A stretch of DNA of 64,000 nucleotides from an uncultured virus (IMG/VR IMGVR_UViG_3300028592_000009) (IMGVR_UViG_3300028592_000009); one strand, 5' to 3'. Numbered from the stretch's first letter, positions 55,735 through 63,487 are shown. Notes: generated by a model from the letters alone, not told the origin. Translations and numbers: made by a program.

Positions 55735-56148
55735 TGTTGTGTTGCCTGCACCCCTGTGGGACCTACCACAGCGCTTGTGCAGTTCGCAGCTAGCTTTGCA
55801 CCTTGCCTACCAACCTGATGTGTCCACGTAGAAGCGGGTTCCGTGTCTCCCTCGCTTGTACGTGGCCGTCCCAGGCCAGTCGCGTGCTGTCAGCCTCTCG
55901 GCTGTCGCCTGCCACTACCGGTTGTGTGGGGGTCCGGTTCCCGTCTCGAGTCAGCCGCCTGCTGGACACCTTCTCCAGAGGGGGCGATTAAGGCCGTCTC
56001 CCTTGGCCCGCCCGGGTTGTCGTCACCGGGCTCCGAGTTCGACCGCGAGGGCCAGCTTGGGGGATGGGTTCCCGGTTCACCCGTAGGTCGCTTCCGGTCC
56101 GCTCTCCCCGCCTCAGAGGGGGTCGGACCCTCTGCGACTCGGTGTTAC
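55735..56148 (-). ncRNA. structured non-coding leader RNA B (unknown family)
   Basis: ~410 nt with no credible CDS between promoter and HH1; homologous to leader A. Confidence 0.6.
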
Positions 56149-56155
56149 GAGGAGA

Positions 56156-56184
56156 ACTATGCCCCAGTCGGGCTGAGAAGGCAA
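56156..56184 (-). promoter_or_regulatory. promoter driving ribozyme operon B
   Basis: TTGCCT-17bp-CATAGT. Confidence 0.75.
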
Positions 56185-56212
56185 ACAGCCTCCTACCTGG
56201 TCATTCATCGGA

Positions 56213-56288
56213 AAAGCCCTGGTAGGAGGCTTGCGAACAATCTTGAAGTTTTTTGAAGAAATCATGAAAGCCCTGGTAGGAGGCTTGC
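56213..56288. repeat. 22-bp direct repeat AAAGCCCTGGTAGGAGGCTTGC x2 (candidate operator)
   Basis: Exact copies at 56213-56234 and 56267-56288; related copy at ~52326-52344. Confidence 0.75.
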
Positions 56289-56457
56289 CGGCATGCCGAA
56301 GCCGTAGGCGCCCCGTAGGCGGCTCGCGAGCGCTCGCGAGGGCGCGGGTATCCGGGCGCGCCCGTTCGCCCCGTAGGCGGCCACGTAGCGGCTCTGCCGG
56401 GGCCGGAACGCAGAACAGCCCCGCTCCCTCTCGGGGCGGGGCTGCTGGGGCTGGATG

Positions 56458-56829
56458 CTAGTCGACGAACTCGCTCAGGATCGCGTAGACCTCGACCTTG
56501 GCCTTGCGGGTCGTGGCCGCCTCGGCGTTGACCCAGGGGCTCGTCGACTGGACGCCGTAGTCCTCGATCAGCTCGTCGCGCATCCGGCGGACCCGGTAGA
56601 CCAGCTGCTTGGACTGCTCGACCGCGTCGGCCTTGTACTTCTCGGCGACCAGGTACAGGCGGGTCCAGGCGTCCAGGACAGCCTCGGCCTTGGCCACGTC
56701 CTCCATCCGGCTGACCGGGACCCTGGTCGGCTCGGCGATCGCCTTGGTCAGCGCGTCGTACGCCTTGTTGAGGTTGGTGTTGGCCTTGGCGGCCTCAGCG
56801 ATCACGGCGGCGGCGAGGGACTGGTACAC
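56458..56829 (-). CDS. hypothetical protein (single-gene cassette)
   Basis: Own promoter (56872-56900), AACAAC leader, downstream hairpin. Confidence 0.75.
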   Translation of the reverse strand: MYQSLAAAVIAEAAKANTNLNKAYDALTKAIAEPTRVPVSRMEDVAKAEAVLDAWTRLYLVAEKYKADAVEQSKQLVYRVRRMRDELIEDYGVQSTSPWVNAEAATTRKAKVEVYAILSEFVD

Positions 56830-56924
56830 GGCGTTCTCCTTGTTGTTGTTCCGGTTGGCCTTACAGTAAGAACCATACCCCAGTCAGGGTGGAGGCGCTA
56901 CCCTCCACCCCGGGCTTTCCTGGA

Positions 56925-57485
56925 CTAGTTGTCGAGCTTGGGGCAGCAGGGCTTGGCGTCGTAGGCCATGTAGTTGTCCTCCAGGCTCGACTCACCCGAG
57001 TCGATCATGTCGGCGTAGATGATGTGGGTGACCTCGGTGTGGCTGCTGACCGTGACCGTCTCCTGGCTGTCGCCCTTGCGGCGGCTGCGCTTAATGTCGG
57101 CGCAACCCGCCTTGTGGACCTCCGGCTCGCCGTTGCCCTTGTACAGGATGGTGAGCTTGACCTTCTCGGCGGGCTCGACCGGGGCGGCCTCCTCGACCTT
57201 GGGCGACTCCTCCTTGCCGGCACGCAGCTTGGCCAGCTCGGCCTCCAGGCGCGCCTTCTTGCGCTCGGCCGCACCCTTGCGCTTCGCCTCGGCCTTGGCC
57301 TTGCGCTCGGCCAGGGAGGCCTGGTTCTCGGGGGAGGCCTGGAAGTCCATGCGGAGGGTGGTGACCAGCTGGACGGTCTTCAGGTCGACCTCGACCCCGG
57401 TCTTCTCGGTGATCCAGGCGGCGAACGCCTTGTGGAGGTCGGTGGGGGCGGCGGCGGCGCGCTCGGCGAAGGACTGCTTGGCCAT
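56925..57485 (-). CDS. PTDLH-family protein paralog 3
   Basis: N-terminal domain nearly identical to 51442-51927; different C-terminal Cys/His domain. Confidence 0.8.
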   Translation of the reverse strand: MAKQSFAERAAAAPTDLHKAFAAWITEKTGVEVDLKTVQLVTTLRMDFQASPENQASLAERKAKAEAKRKGAAERKKARLEAELAKLRAGKEESPKVEEAAPVEPAEKVKLTILYKGNGEPEVHKAGCADIKRSRRKGDSQETVTVSSHTEVTHIIYADMIDSGESSLEDNYMAYDAKPCCPKLDN

Positions 57486-57701
57486 TGTGGCTCCTCGTGT
57501 TAGGCTCGGGCTTCCTGCCCTCGCTCATGAGTAGAACTTTACCCCAGTGGACTGGAGGTGGCTACCTCCATTTGCAACTTTCTTGAAGATTCTTTCGGGA
57601 GGCCGTAGGCGGCTGTCTGCCGGCATGCCGGCATGAGCGGGGCGCCGGGCATGGGCGAGGCCCCCTCCTGGTGCGGAGGAGGCCTCTACGAGGCGGGGCG
57701 G

Positions 57702-57971
57702 TCAGAGCTTGGGGAAGTAGTGCGCCAGGTCGAGGTCCATCTGGTCGGGGTTGTCGCTGGGGTGCTCGACCACGTCGTACCCCTTGGCGCTGAGGTTGTT
57801 GTGTCGGACCCAGTAGACCCAGCAGTCCTCGTCGCCGGTCTCCATGATCTCCAGCCAGGGCCCCTTGTGGCGGTAGGTGGTGGAGACGTCGAATCCAGTC
57901 TCGGCCGACGCCTGAACCATCGCCACGAGCTCCTCGATGCGGATCATGCCGTCCTCCTCGTTGTTGTCCAT
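57702..57971 (-). CDS. hypothetical protein, possibly leaderless
   Basis: ATG 6 nt after -10 TAGACT; alternative ATG after GAGGAGG. Confidence 0.65.
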   Translation of the reverse strand: MDNNEEDGMIRIEELVAMVQASAETGFDVSTTYRHKGPWLEIMETGDEDCWVYWVRHNNLSAKGYDVVEHPSDNPDQMDLDLAHYFPKL

Positions 57972-58078
57972 GGGTAGAGTCTACGCCACTGCACATGTGC
58001 TGGCTACCTCCATGTGCGATTTGCTTTCGCAAACAGCAAAGCTCCGGCTGGCTGCCGGGGCTCGGGGTGTGGCTCGGT

Positions 58079-58426
58079 CTAGCTCTCAATCGCGGGCCGC
58101 GCCCGGAGGCGCTCCTGCGCCGCGATGATCATCGCCCGCAGCGCGGGGACATCGGGCTCGTCCGCGCTCGTTACGTCGTCGTACAGCTCACGCGCCGTCG
58201 CCTCCAGGTCCTCGACCAGCTCCATGTTCTCGGGCGTCATCTCGTCGTACATCGCGCAGTTGCAGTACGACCGGCTCCCGCACCCGCACCCCGTCGCCTT
58301 GAGCACGTACAGCTCGCTCGTGTCGTCCTTGACCGCCAGCATCGCCACGCCCGCCAGGTCGTACCGCTCCTGCGTGATGTCGACGTCGCCCAGGACCGCG
58401 TAGCCGGGGATCTTGTACTCGCTCAT
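58079..58426 (-). CDS. hypothetical protein with GCGC motif
   Basis: Own promoter, AACAACAACAAGGAG leader. Confidence 0.7.
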   Translation of the reverse strand: MSEYKIPGYAVLGDVDITQERYDLAGVAMLAVKDDTSELYVLKATGCGCGSRSYCNCAMYDEMTPENMELVEDLEATARELYDDVTSADEPDVPALRAMIIAAQERLRARPAIES

Positions 58427-58505
58427 CGTCTGCTCCTTGTTGTTGTTGATGGAACTATACTTCATGCCGGCTGGAGGCGCTACCCTCCAGCCGGAGAAGT
58501 TTCCG

Positions 58506-58751
58506 CTAGGACACCAGGGCCATGCGGACCGCCTGGATGATCTCCGAGGTGGTGAGGTCCGACTCCTCGGGCAGGGCGTCCATCAGGTCGAAGGACGCGG
58601 CCTTGAGGTGCAGCGGCATCGCCTTGCCCGCCGCGAAGTTCTCGGCGACAACGTCCAGCTCGCGGGCGGCGGTGAGGAGGCGCTGGGAGCGGAGGCGGTC
58701 GGCCTCGAAGAGGGCGGTGGCGATCACGGTGGTGAGGTTGATCATGTCCAT
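58506..58751 (-). CDS. hypothetical protein
   Basis: Own promoter and AACAAC leader. Confidence 0.7.
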   Translation of the reverse strand: MDMINLTTVIATALFEADRLRSQRLLTAARELDVVAENFAAGKAMPLHLKAASFDLMDALPEESDLTTSEIIQAVRMALVS

Positions 58752-58958
58752 GGGTCGGTCCTCCTGGTTGTTGTTCTCGCTTACAGTAAGAACTATACCC
58801 CAGCTGCAGTTGTGCGACTACCCCTTTGTGCAAACTTTCTTGAGATTCTTTTAGAGGCGCTACGTGGCCGTGTAAGGGCCTGCCGGCAAGCAAGGGTGCG
58901 CGGGTACGCAGAAGGCGCCCGCCTCCTGTGAGACGGGCGCCTACGGGCTCTTACGGGG

Positions 58959-59351
58959 TCAGAACGCCCGGCTGTGGACCAGTACCACCGAGAGCAGCTC
59001 GGCGGCCTCAACGTGCGCCCGGGTCCACTCCTGGATCACCCGGATCATCGCCTGGTGCTCGGTCTTGTCTGCCGGCATGGTCAGGCGGCGGGTGGGCTTG
59101 CGGGTCTTGCCCTGGTACGTGTACGTGAGCTCGAAGCTCCACTCAATCGTCTTCGGCTCGGGCAGCCACTCCGGGTTGGCGTTGGGGGCAACGGTCTCCA
59201 GCAGCGCCCGGCAGGTCGAGCACACGCGGCGCTGCCAGCTGGTCGCCATCCCGTGGTAGGTCTTGCCCTCGCGGATGACCGGCTCGGTGACGATCTCGGT
59301 GTCGGCCAGCGCCTTGGGCTGCTTGCAGTCGTAGCAGGTGGTCTCGGTCAT
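58959..59351 (-). CDS. hypothetical protein with two CxxC motifs
   Basis: Own promoter and AACAAC leader. Confidence 0.7.
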   Translation of the reverse strand: MTETTCYDCKQPKALADTEIVTEPVIREGKTYHGMATSWQRRVCSTCRALLETVAPNANPEWLPEPKTIEWSFELTYTYQGKTRKPTRRLTMPADKTEHQAMIRVIQEWTRAHVEAAELLSVVLVHSRAF

Positions 59352-59450
59352 GGCTGCTCCTCGTTGTTGTTCCTGAGAGAACTCTACCCCAGTGGACTGG
59401 AGTTGACTACCCCTTGCGGGGCCCGGTTCTGGACCGGGCCCCGGGGTCGG

Positions 59451-59576
59451 CTACTCGGACTCGGCCTCCGCCCGCATCGCCTCGGCGGCCTGCGCCTCGT
59501 GTCCGGCGTCGGTGCCGTCGCAGCCGGGGTGGCTGAAGCAGGCGGTCCGGCGGTCCTCGGTGGGCTGCTCGCTCAT
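59451..59576 (-). CDS. 41-aa hypothetical protein
   Basis: Read by hand: MSEQPTEDRRTACFSHPGC...; own promoter. Confidence 0.6.
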   Translation of the reverse strand: MSEQPTEDRRTACFSHPGCDGTDAGHEAQAAEAMRAEAESE

Positions 59577-59694
59577 GGTGTTCCCTCTCGTTGTTCTCTT
59601 GCTTACGAGTTCAGTATACTCCACTGCACATTGGTTGGCTACCCCTTTGTGCAGATTGATCGGGGCGGGTCCGCCGGGACCCGCCCCGGTTCTA

Positions 59695-59937
59695 CTAGTA
59701 GCTCAGGCCGACCCAGTAGGTCGCGGACACCGCGCCCCAACCGACACCCGGGGCGCCCATCTCCTTGGCCTTGGCGGTGACCTTGGTCAGGACGTCCTTG
59801 GAGCCACGGATCTTGTAGGTCTCGATGACCGGGGTGGTGGACTCGAAGCCCTCCTTGATGGTCACCGTGCACCAGCCGTTGCGGCCGATGCGGACCTCGA
59901 AGCGCGTGTCCTTCGGGAGGGTCTTGTTCTCGTCCAT
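59695..59937 (-). CDS. hypothetical protein
   Basis: Own promoter, AACAAC...AAGGAG. Confidence 0.7.
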   Translation of the reverse strand: MDENKTLPKDTRFEVRIGRNGWCTVTIKEGFESTTPVIETYKIRGSKDVLTKVTAKAKEMGAPGVGWGAVSATYWVGLSY

Positions 59938-60163
59938 GTCCTGCTCCTTCTTGTTGTTCGAGGCTCCTTGCCTCATGAGTAGAACTTTACTCCAGTCCAC
60001 TGCAGCTGGCTACCTGCAATCGCAACTTTCTTCAAGATTCTTTCAGACTCATGCCGGCTTGGATTCCAGGCATCAAACCAAGTCTACTCCATGCCGGCTT
60101 GTATGGCTACTCTCCAGGCGCAACAAAAAGCGGCCCACCCCGAAGGGCAGGCCGCCGGGCCGG

Positions 60164-60508
60164 TTAGGCGCGATAGCCACATCCGGCGCAGTTGAAGCCG
60201 AACCCGACAACCGGGGCGCAGTCGGCACCGCAGCCGACGCCCGGGGACCAGGGGGACACCGTAGAGGCCGCGACCGGACCGGTGCACACCAGGCGCCACG
60301 TAAGGTCGTACCAGGAGCAGCCGTAGGAGAGGACGCGACCGGAGCGCACATCGCGCTGGACCGAGGACACGATACCCACCAGGCCGCGCATACCAGACAG
60401 GGCCGTAACGGAGCGGCGCAGAGCCGGGTCGGAGGACGAGCCCGGGACGAAGACCAGCGAGCCGACGGGAAGGGCGGGGACGTAGGCGGGAAGGACGCGA
60501 CCGGACAT
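60164..60508 (-). CDS. hypothetical protein
   Basis: Own promoter and RBS; atypical codon usage. Confidence 0.5.
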   Translation of the reverse strand: MSGRVLPAYVPALPVGSLVFVPGSSSDPALRRSVTALSGMRGLVGIVSSVQRDVRSGRVLSYGCSWYDLTWRLVCTGPVAASTVSPWSPGVGCGADCAPVVGFGFNCAGCGYRA

Positions 60509-60626
60509 TTTTACTCCTCGTTGTTGTCGATAGTAGAACTCTACGCCAGTGCACTCCACCTGGCTACCCTCCAGTCCAAACAAAAGCGGCCCGCCCCGGG
60601 AAGGGACGGGCCGCGAGGGGCGCCGG

Positions 60627-60881
60627 TTAGAGGCCGAGCTCCGACCGGTCGGCGGCCAGGGCCGCGTCCAGGTAGGCCGCCGTCGGCTCCGACCCGTCCA
60701 TGGGCTCACAAGCGTCCAGGACGTCGTAGGAGTCGCCCTCGGGCTTGGCCCAGAAGGAGAAGCCGCACTCCGGGACGGAGGCGTCGAACTCGACCCAGTC
60801 CCCAGCGGTCCGGCCGGTGGCCGTAACGGGGAAGCGCGGGTCGGACTCGGACTCGGCGATGACGCGGGCGATGAAGTCCAT
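60627..60881 (-). CDS. hypothetical protein
   Basis: Own promoter and downstream terminator (60583-60615). Confidence 0.7.
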   Translation of the reverse strand: MDFIARVIAESESDPRFPVTATGRTAGDWVEFDASVPECGFSFWAKPEGDSYDVLDACEPMDGSEPTAAYLDAALAADRSELGL

Positions 60882-61039
60882 TGTGGTTCTCCCTCTTGTT
60901 GTTCGGGGCTCCTTGCCCCTTGTAGTTTAAGTATACTCCAGTTGGACACCTCTGATTACCTCCAACTGGGAATTTCACAAGATTGTTTTGGACATACCGG
61001 CAGGCCGCGCCCCGGAGAGAGGCGCGGCCCAACGGGCGA

Positions 61040-61231
61040 CTAGGCGCAACCGGCGCCGTGGGGGTGGGCCATACGACCGCAGTCCAGGCAGACGTGGGAC
61101 AAGCAGTAGCGGTCGAAGGGCAGCGCCGAGCAGTCGGAGCACGCGGCCACACGGGCGGCCACGGCGGCGAAGAGCCGGACGTAGAGGGCGGTAACGGGCA
61201 CGAGCACGAGGTGGTCCTTGTTGTTGTCCAT
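61040..61231 (-). CDS. small zinc-finger protein, possibly leaderless
   Basis: ATG 6 nt after TAGACT; CxxC...CxxH..CxxC. Confidence 0.6.
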   Translation of the reverse strand: MDNNKDHLVLVPVTALYVRLFAAVAARVAACSDCSALPFDRYCLSHVCLDCGRMAHPHGAGCA

Positions 61232-61322
61232 AGGTACAGTCTACCCCAACTCCAGCTGTTTGGCTACCTGCACATGCAGAGGCGCCCACCCCTGGTGCGG
61301 GGCAGGCGCCTCGTGTCCGGAC

Positions 61323-61553
61323 CTAGCTGTCGTACTTGTACACCAGCTGGTCCTGCGTCCGCTCGCCACGGACGTACTCGACCTGGGTCAGCAGCTCGTG
61401 CTTGGTCATGTGCTGGATGTACCAGCCGACCGACCAGTCACGCGACTCGCCAGACGGCGGCGTCCAGGCCGCGTCCGGGGCCAGCCACAGCGGACGGTGG
61501 TCCGCCAGCGCCTCGGCCAGCTGCTGCTTGGTCATCTCAGACGTCTTGGTCAT
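61323..61553 (-). CDS. hypothetical protein
   Basis: Own promoter, ACAACAAC leader. Confidence 0.65.
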   Translation of the reverse strand: MTKTSEMTKQQLAEALADHRPLWLAPDAAWTPPSGESRDWSVGWYIQHMTKHELLTQVEYVRGERTQDQLVYKYDS

Positions 61554-61704
61554 GAGGTACCCCTATGTTGTTGTGTCCGGCGGTCCCTTGACTGCCTGAC
61601 GACAGTCTACCCCATGTCCATGCCGGCGACAAGACCCTGGACAAATCTTTTTTAATCTGCTGGAGGGGGTAGTCGACACGTGTGCAGGAGGGTATAGTTC
61701 TCTT

Positions 61705-61857
61705 ATGGACAACAACGAGAACAACAACGAGCAGGCGATCGCCGACTACAAGGCGGCCGAGGAGATGCTGGCGGCGACCTACCGGCGCCAGGCCCAGCTG
61801 GACGAGCTGGAGATCCTCTCCCGCCACCTGGCCGATCCGGACAACAACCCCCTCTAA
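61705..61857 (+). CDS. 50-aa leaderless hypothetical protein
   Basis: Read by hand: MDNNENNNEQAIADYK...; ATG 6 nt after TATAGT. Confidence 0.65.
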   Translation: MDNNENNNEQAIADYKAAEEMLAATYRRQAQLDELEILSRHLADPDNNPL

Positions 61858-61993
61858 GGGGCGGCGCGGGGGCCCGCTGGCCGGGCCCCCGGACATGCCG
61901 GCAAGATTGGTCCTGGATAGGGGTAGCCAACCGACTCCAGTCCGCGTATACTGAACTCGTAAGCAAGGCCCGAACAACACCAAGGAGCATCTC

Positions 61994-62218
61994 ATGGACC
62001 AGTACCCCACGAACCCGGTGTTCGACCCGATCCTCCGCGCCGAGCACGACTGCCGGACGGCGCGCACGGTCTGGGACCGCGAGGGCTTCCGAGGCGACCC
62101 GGCGCGAGGCCCGGAGCGCATGGAGGCGGCGCAGGAGAAGCTGTACGCGCTGATCGATGCGCTGTCCCTTGAGGAGCTCAAGGCGTACGGCGAGTACCGC
62201 AAGATCTTCGCCAAGTAG
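61994..62218 (+). CDS. hypothetical protein
   Basis: Own promoter, AACAACACCAAGGAG leader. Confidence 0.7.
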   Translation: MDQYPTNPVFDPILRAEHDCRTARTVWDREGFRGDPARGPERMEAAQEKLYALIDALSLEELKAYGEYRKIFAK

Positions 62219-62226
62219 GCGACACG

Positions 62227-62266
62227 AGAGAGGCCCCGGACCCGGGAAGGGTTCGGGGCCTCTCTG
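62227..62266. terminator. terminator between convergent genes
   Basis: AGAGAGGCCCCGGACC...GGTTCGGGGCCTCTCT hairpin. Confidence 0.7.
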
Positions 62267-62276
62267 CGTTGGCGGG

Positions 62277-62630
62277 TCAGCCGCCGTAGCGCGCCCACCT
62301 GACGAGATCCTCAGCCTCCTGGCGCCCCATCACCGCCACGACCCTGTCGAACGGGGTGTCGTCTCGGTTGGCGATGCGGAGCTGCGCCGCGCGCTGGGCT
62401 CGGGGCGAGTTGTTCCTGTTGGTGCGCCTGGTGGCGACCAGGACCTGGTGGTACAGCTGGTGCGCCATGTCGCTGTACGAGCAGGGGTCCTCCGGGCACG
62501 GGCTGAGCATGTCCGGGTGCTCGGCGTCGATCAGCTCCTGGACGTCCAGGTGGTACTGCCTGAAGACGGGGTGGTTGATGCTCAGCTGTTCAAGCTTCTC
62601 CGTGGCCGACATGGGCGAGGTAGCATTCAT
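62277..62630 (-). CDS. hypothetical protein
   Basis: AGGAGG RBS, GC3 bias. Confidence 0.6.
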   Translation of the reverse strand: MNATSPMSATEKLEQLSINHPVFRQYHLDVQELIDAEHPDMLSPCPEDPCSYSDMAHQLYHQVLVATRRTNRNNSPRAQRAAQLRIANRDDTPFDRVVAVMGRQEAEDLVRWARYGG

Positions 62631-62843
62631 GGTGTGGTTCCCTCCTGGTAGTCCGCGATGTCGCGGATGACGTCTGTAAGGCGTCTGAGCGGCTTATAGC
62701 GGGCTCGGGGAGCCGGGGGCGTGACGGGCGCCTCCGGCTCCTGCGGGGAGCCCTGTAGAGGGCCTCCCTGGGCTTCGCCCGGTGCGCACGGCGCCACCTC
62801 TGGACTCGGACAGTCGAAGGGGCACCATGCGCACTGGGTCATC

Positions 62844-63152
62844 TCAGGCCTCGTCCATGCCGGCTTGCAGCTCCTGGGTCTTCTCCTCCTCGTTGCGGAT
62901 GAGCCGCTTGAGGTAGGCGTCCACGACGACCGGATTCATCTCGATCTCCCAGTCCTCGATGCCCTCCCAGCGCATGTGGCGCTCGATCGCTCGGACGACG
63001 CCGTCCGTTCCCATCACCAGGCCACGGGTCTCCGCGCCCACGATCAGGCCGACCATCATGATGGTGCCGTCGACGTCCTTGCCGTCCTTCTTGCGACCGG
63101 TGTACACGGCCAGGACCGGGTTGAACGCCTGGATGTCTCGTTCGGTGCTCAC
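62844..63152 (-). CDS. hypothetical protein
   Basis: AAGGAG RBS, GTGA overlap. Confidence 0.6.
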   Translation of the reverse strand: MSTERDIQAFNPVLAVYTGRKKDGKDVDGTIMMVGLIVGAETRGLVMGTDGVVRAIERHMRWEGIEDWEIEMNPVVVDAYLKRLIRNEEEKTQELQAGMDEA

Positions 63153-63469
63153 TTGCTGATCTCCTTCTCGAGCTCTTCCATGAAGCGCGCGTGGACCTCG
63201 GGGTCGAAGTTCTCGAAGCGCTCCTTGATGCGGGCCATGAGCAGCTCCGGCCATCCCATGGGGTCGTACGGCATCTTGCGCTCGTTGGTCGGACCACCCT
63301 CGTCAAGGATGCCGATCAGCAGGAGCGATGCCTCCTGAACCCGCATACGCCACAGGTCGTCATCCTTGGGCATGTTGTGCGGGTTGTTGGTCATATTCAT
63401 GTGCATGATCTGCGCGTCGAACACGACCCTCAGACCTCGGCGGGTGTTGGGGATGCGTCGCTTGGACAT
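63149..63469 (-). CDS. hypothetical protein
   Basis: AGGAGG RBS. Confidence 0.6.
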   Translation of the reverse strand: MSKRRIPNTRRGLRVVFDAQIMHMNMTNNPHNMPKDDDLWRMRVQEASLLLIGILDEGGPTNERKMPYDPMGWPELLMARIKERFENFDPEVHARFMEELEKEISK

Positions 63470-63487
63470 GTGGATTCCCTCCTGGGG

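Larger units (their letters stand above)
56872..61952. promoter_or_regulatory. family of ~15 repeated sigma70/HrdB-like promoters (mostly TAGYCR-17bp-TANAST)
   Basis: -10/-35 spans with exact 17-bp spacing at 56872-56900, 57536-57564, 57978-58006, 58454-58482, 58792-58820, 59381-59409, 59613-59641, 59984-60012, 60081-60109, 60538-60566, 60930-60958, 61238-61266, 61604-61632 (-) and 61670-61698, 61924-61952 (+). Confidence 0.85.

Noticed and set aside
55746..55830. Twister, twister-sister or pistol ribozyme call for the GCACAAGC...UAGGUCCC...GGGUGC hairpin
   Set aside because: Only fragments of those consensus motifs are present and I could not build the required pseudoknots; left as an unknown RNA
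56836..61990. Regularly recurring repeats suggesting a CRISPR array
   Set aside because: The repeats are degenerate promoter/leader motifs separated by 200-600 bp genes, not identical repeats with 30-40 bp spacers
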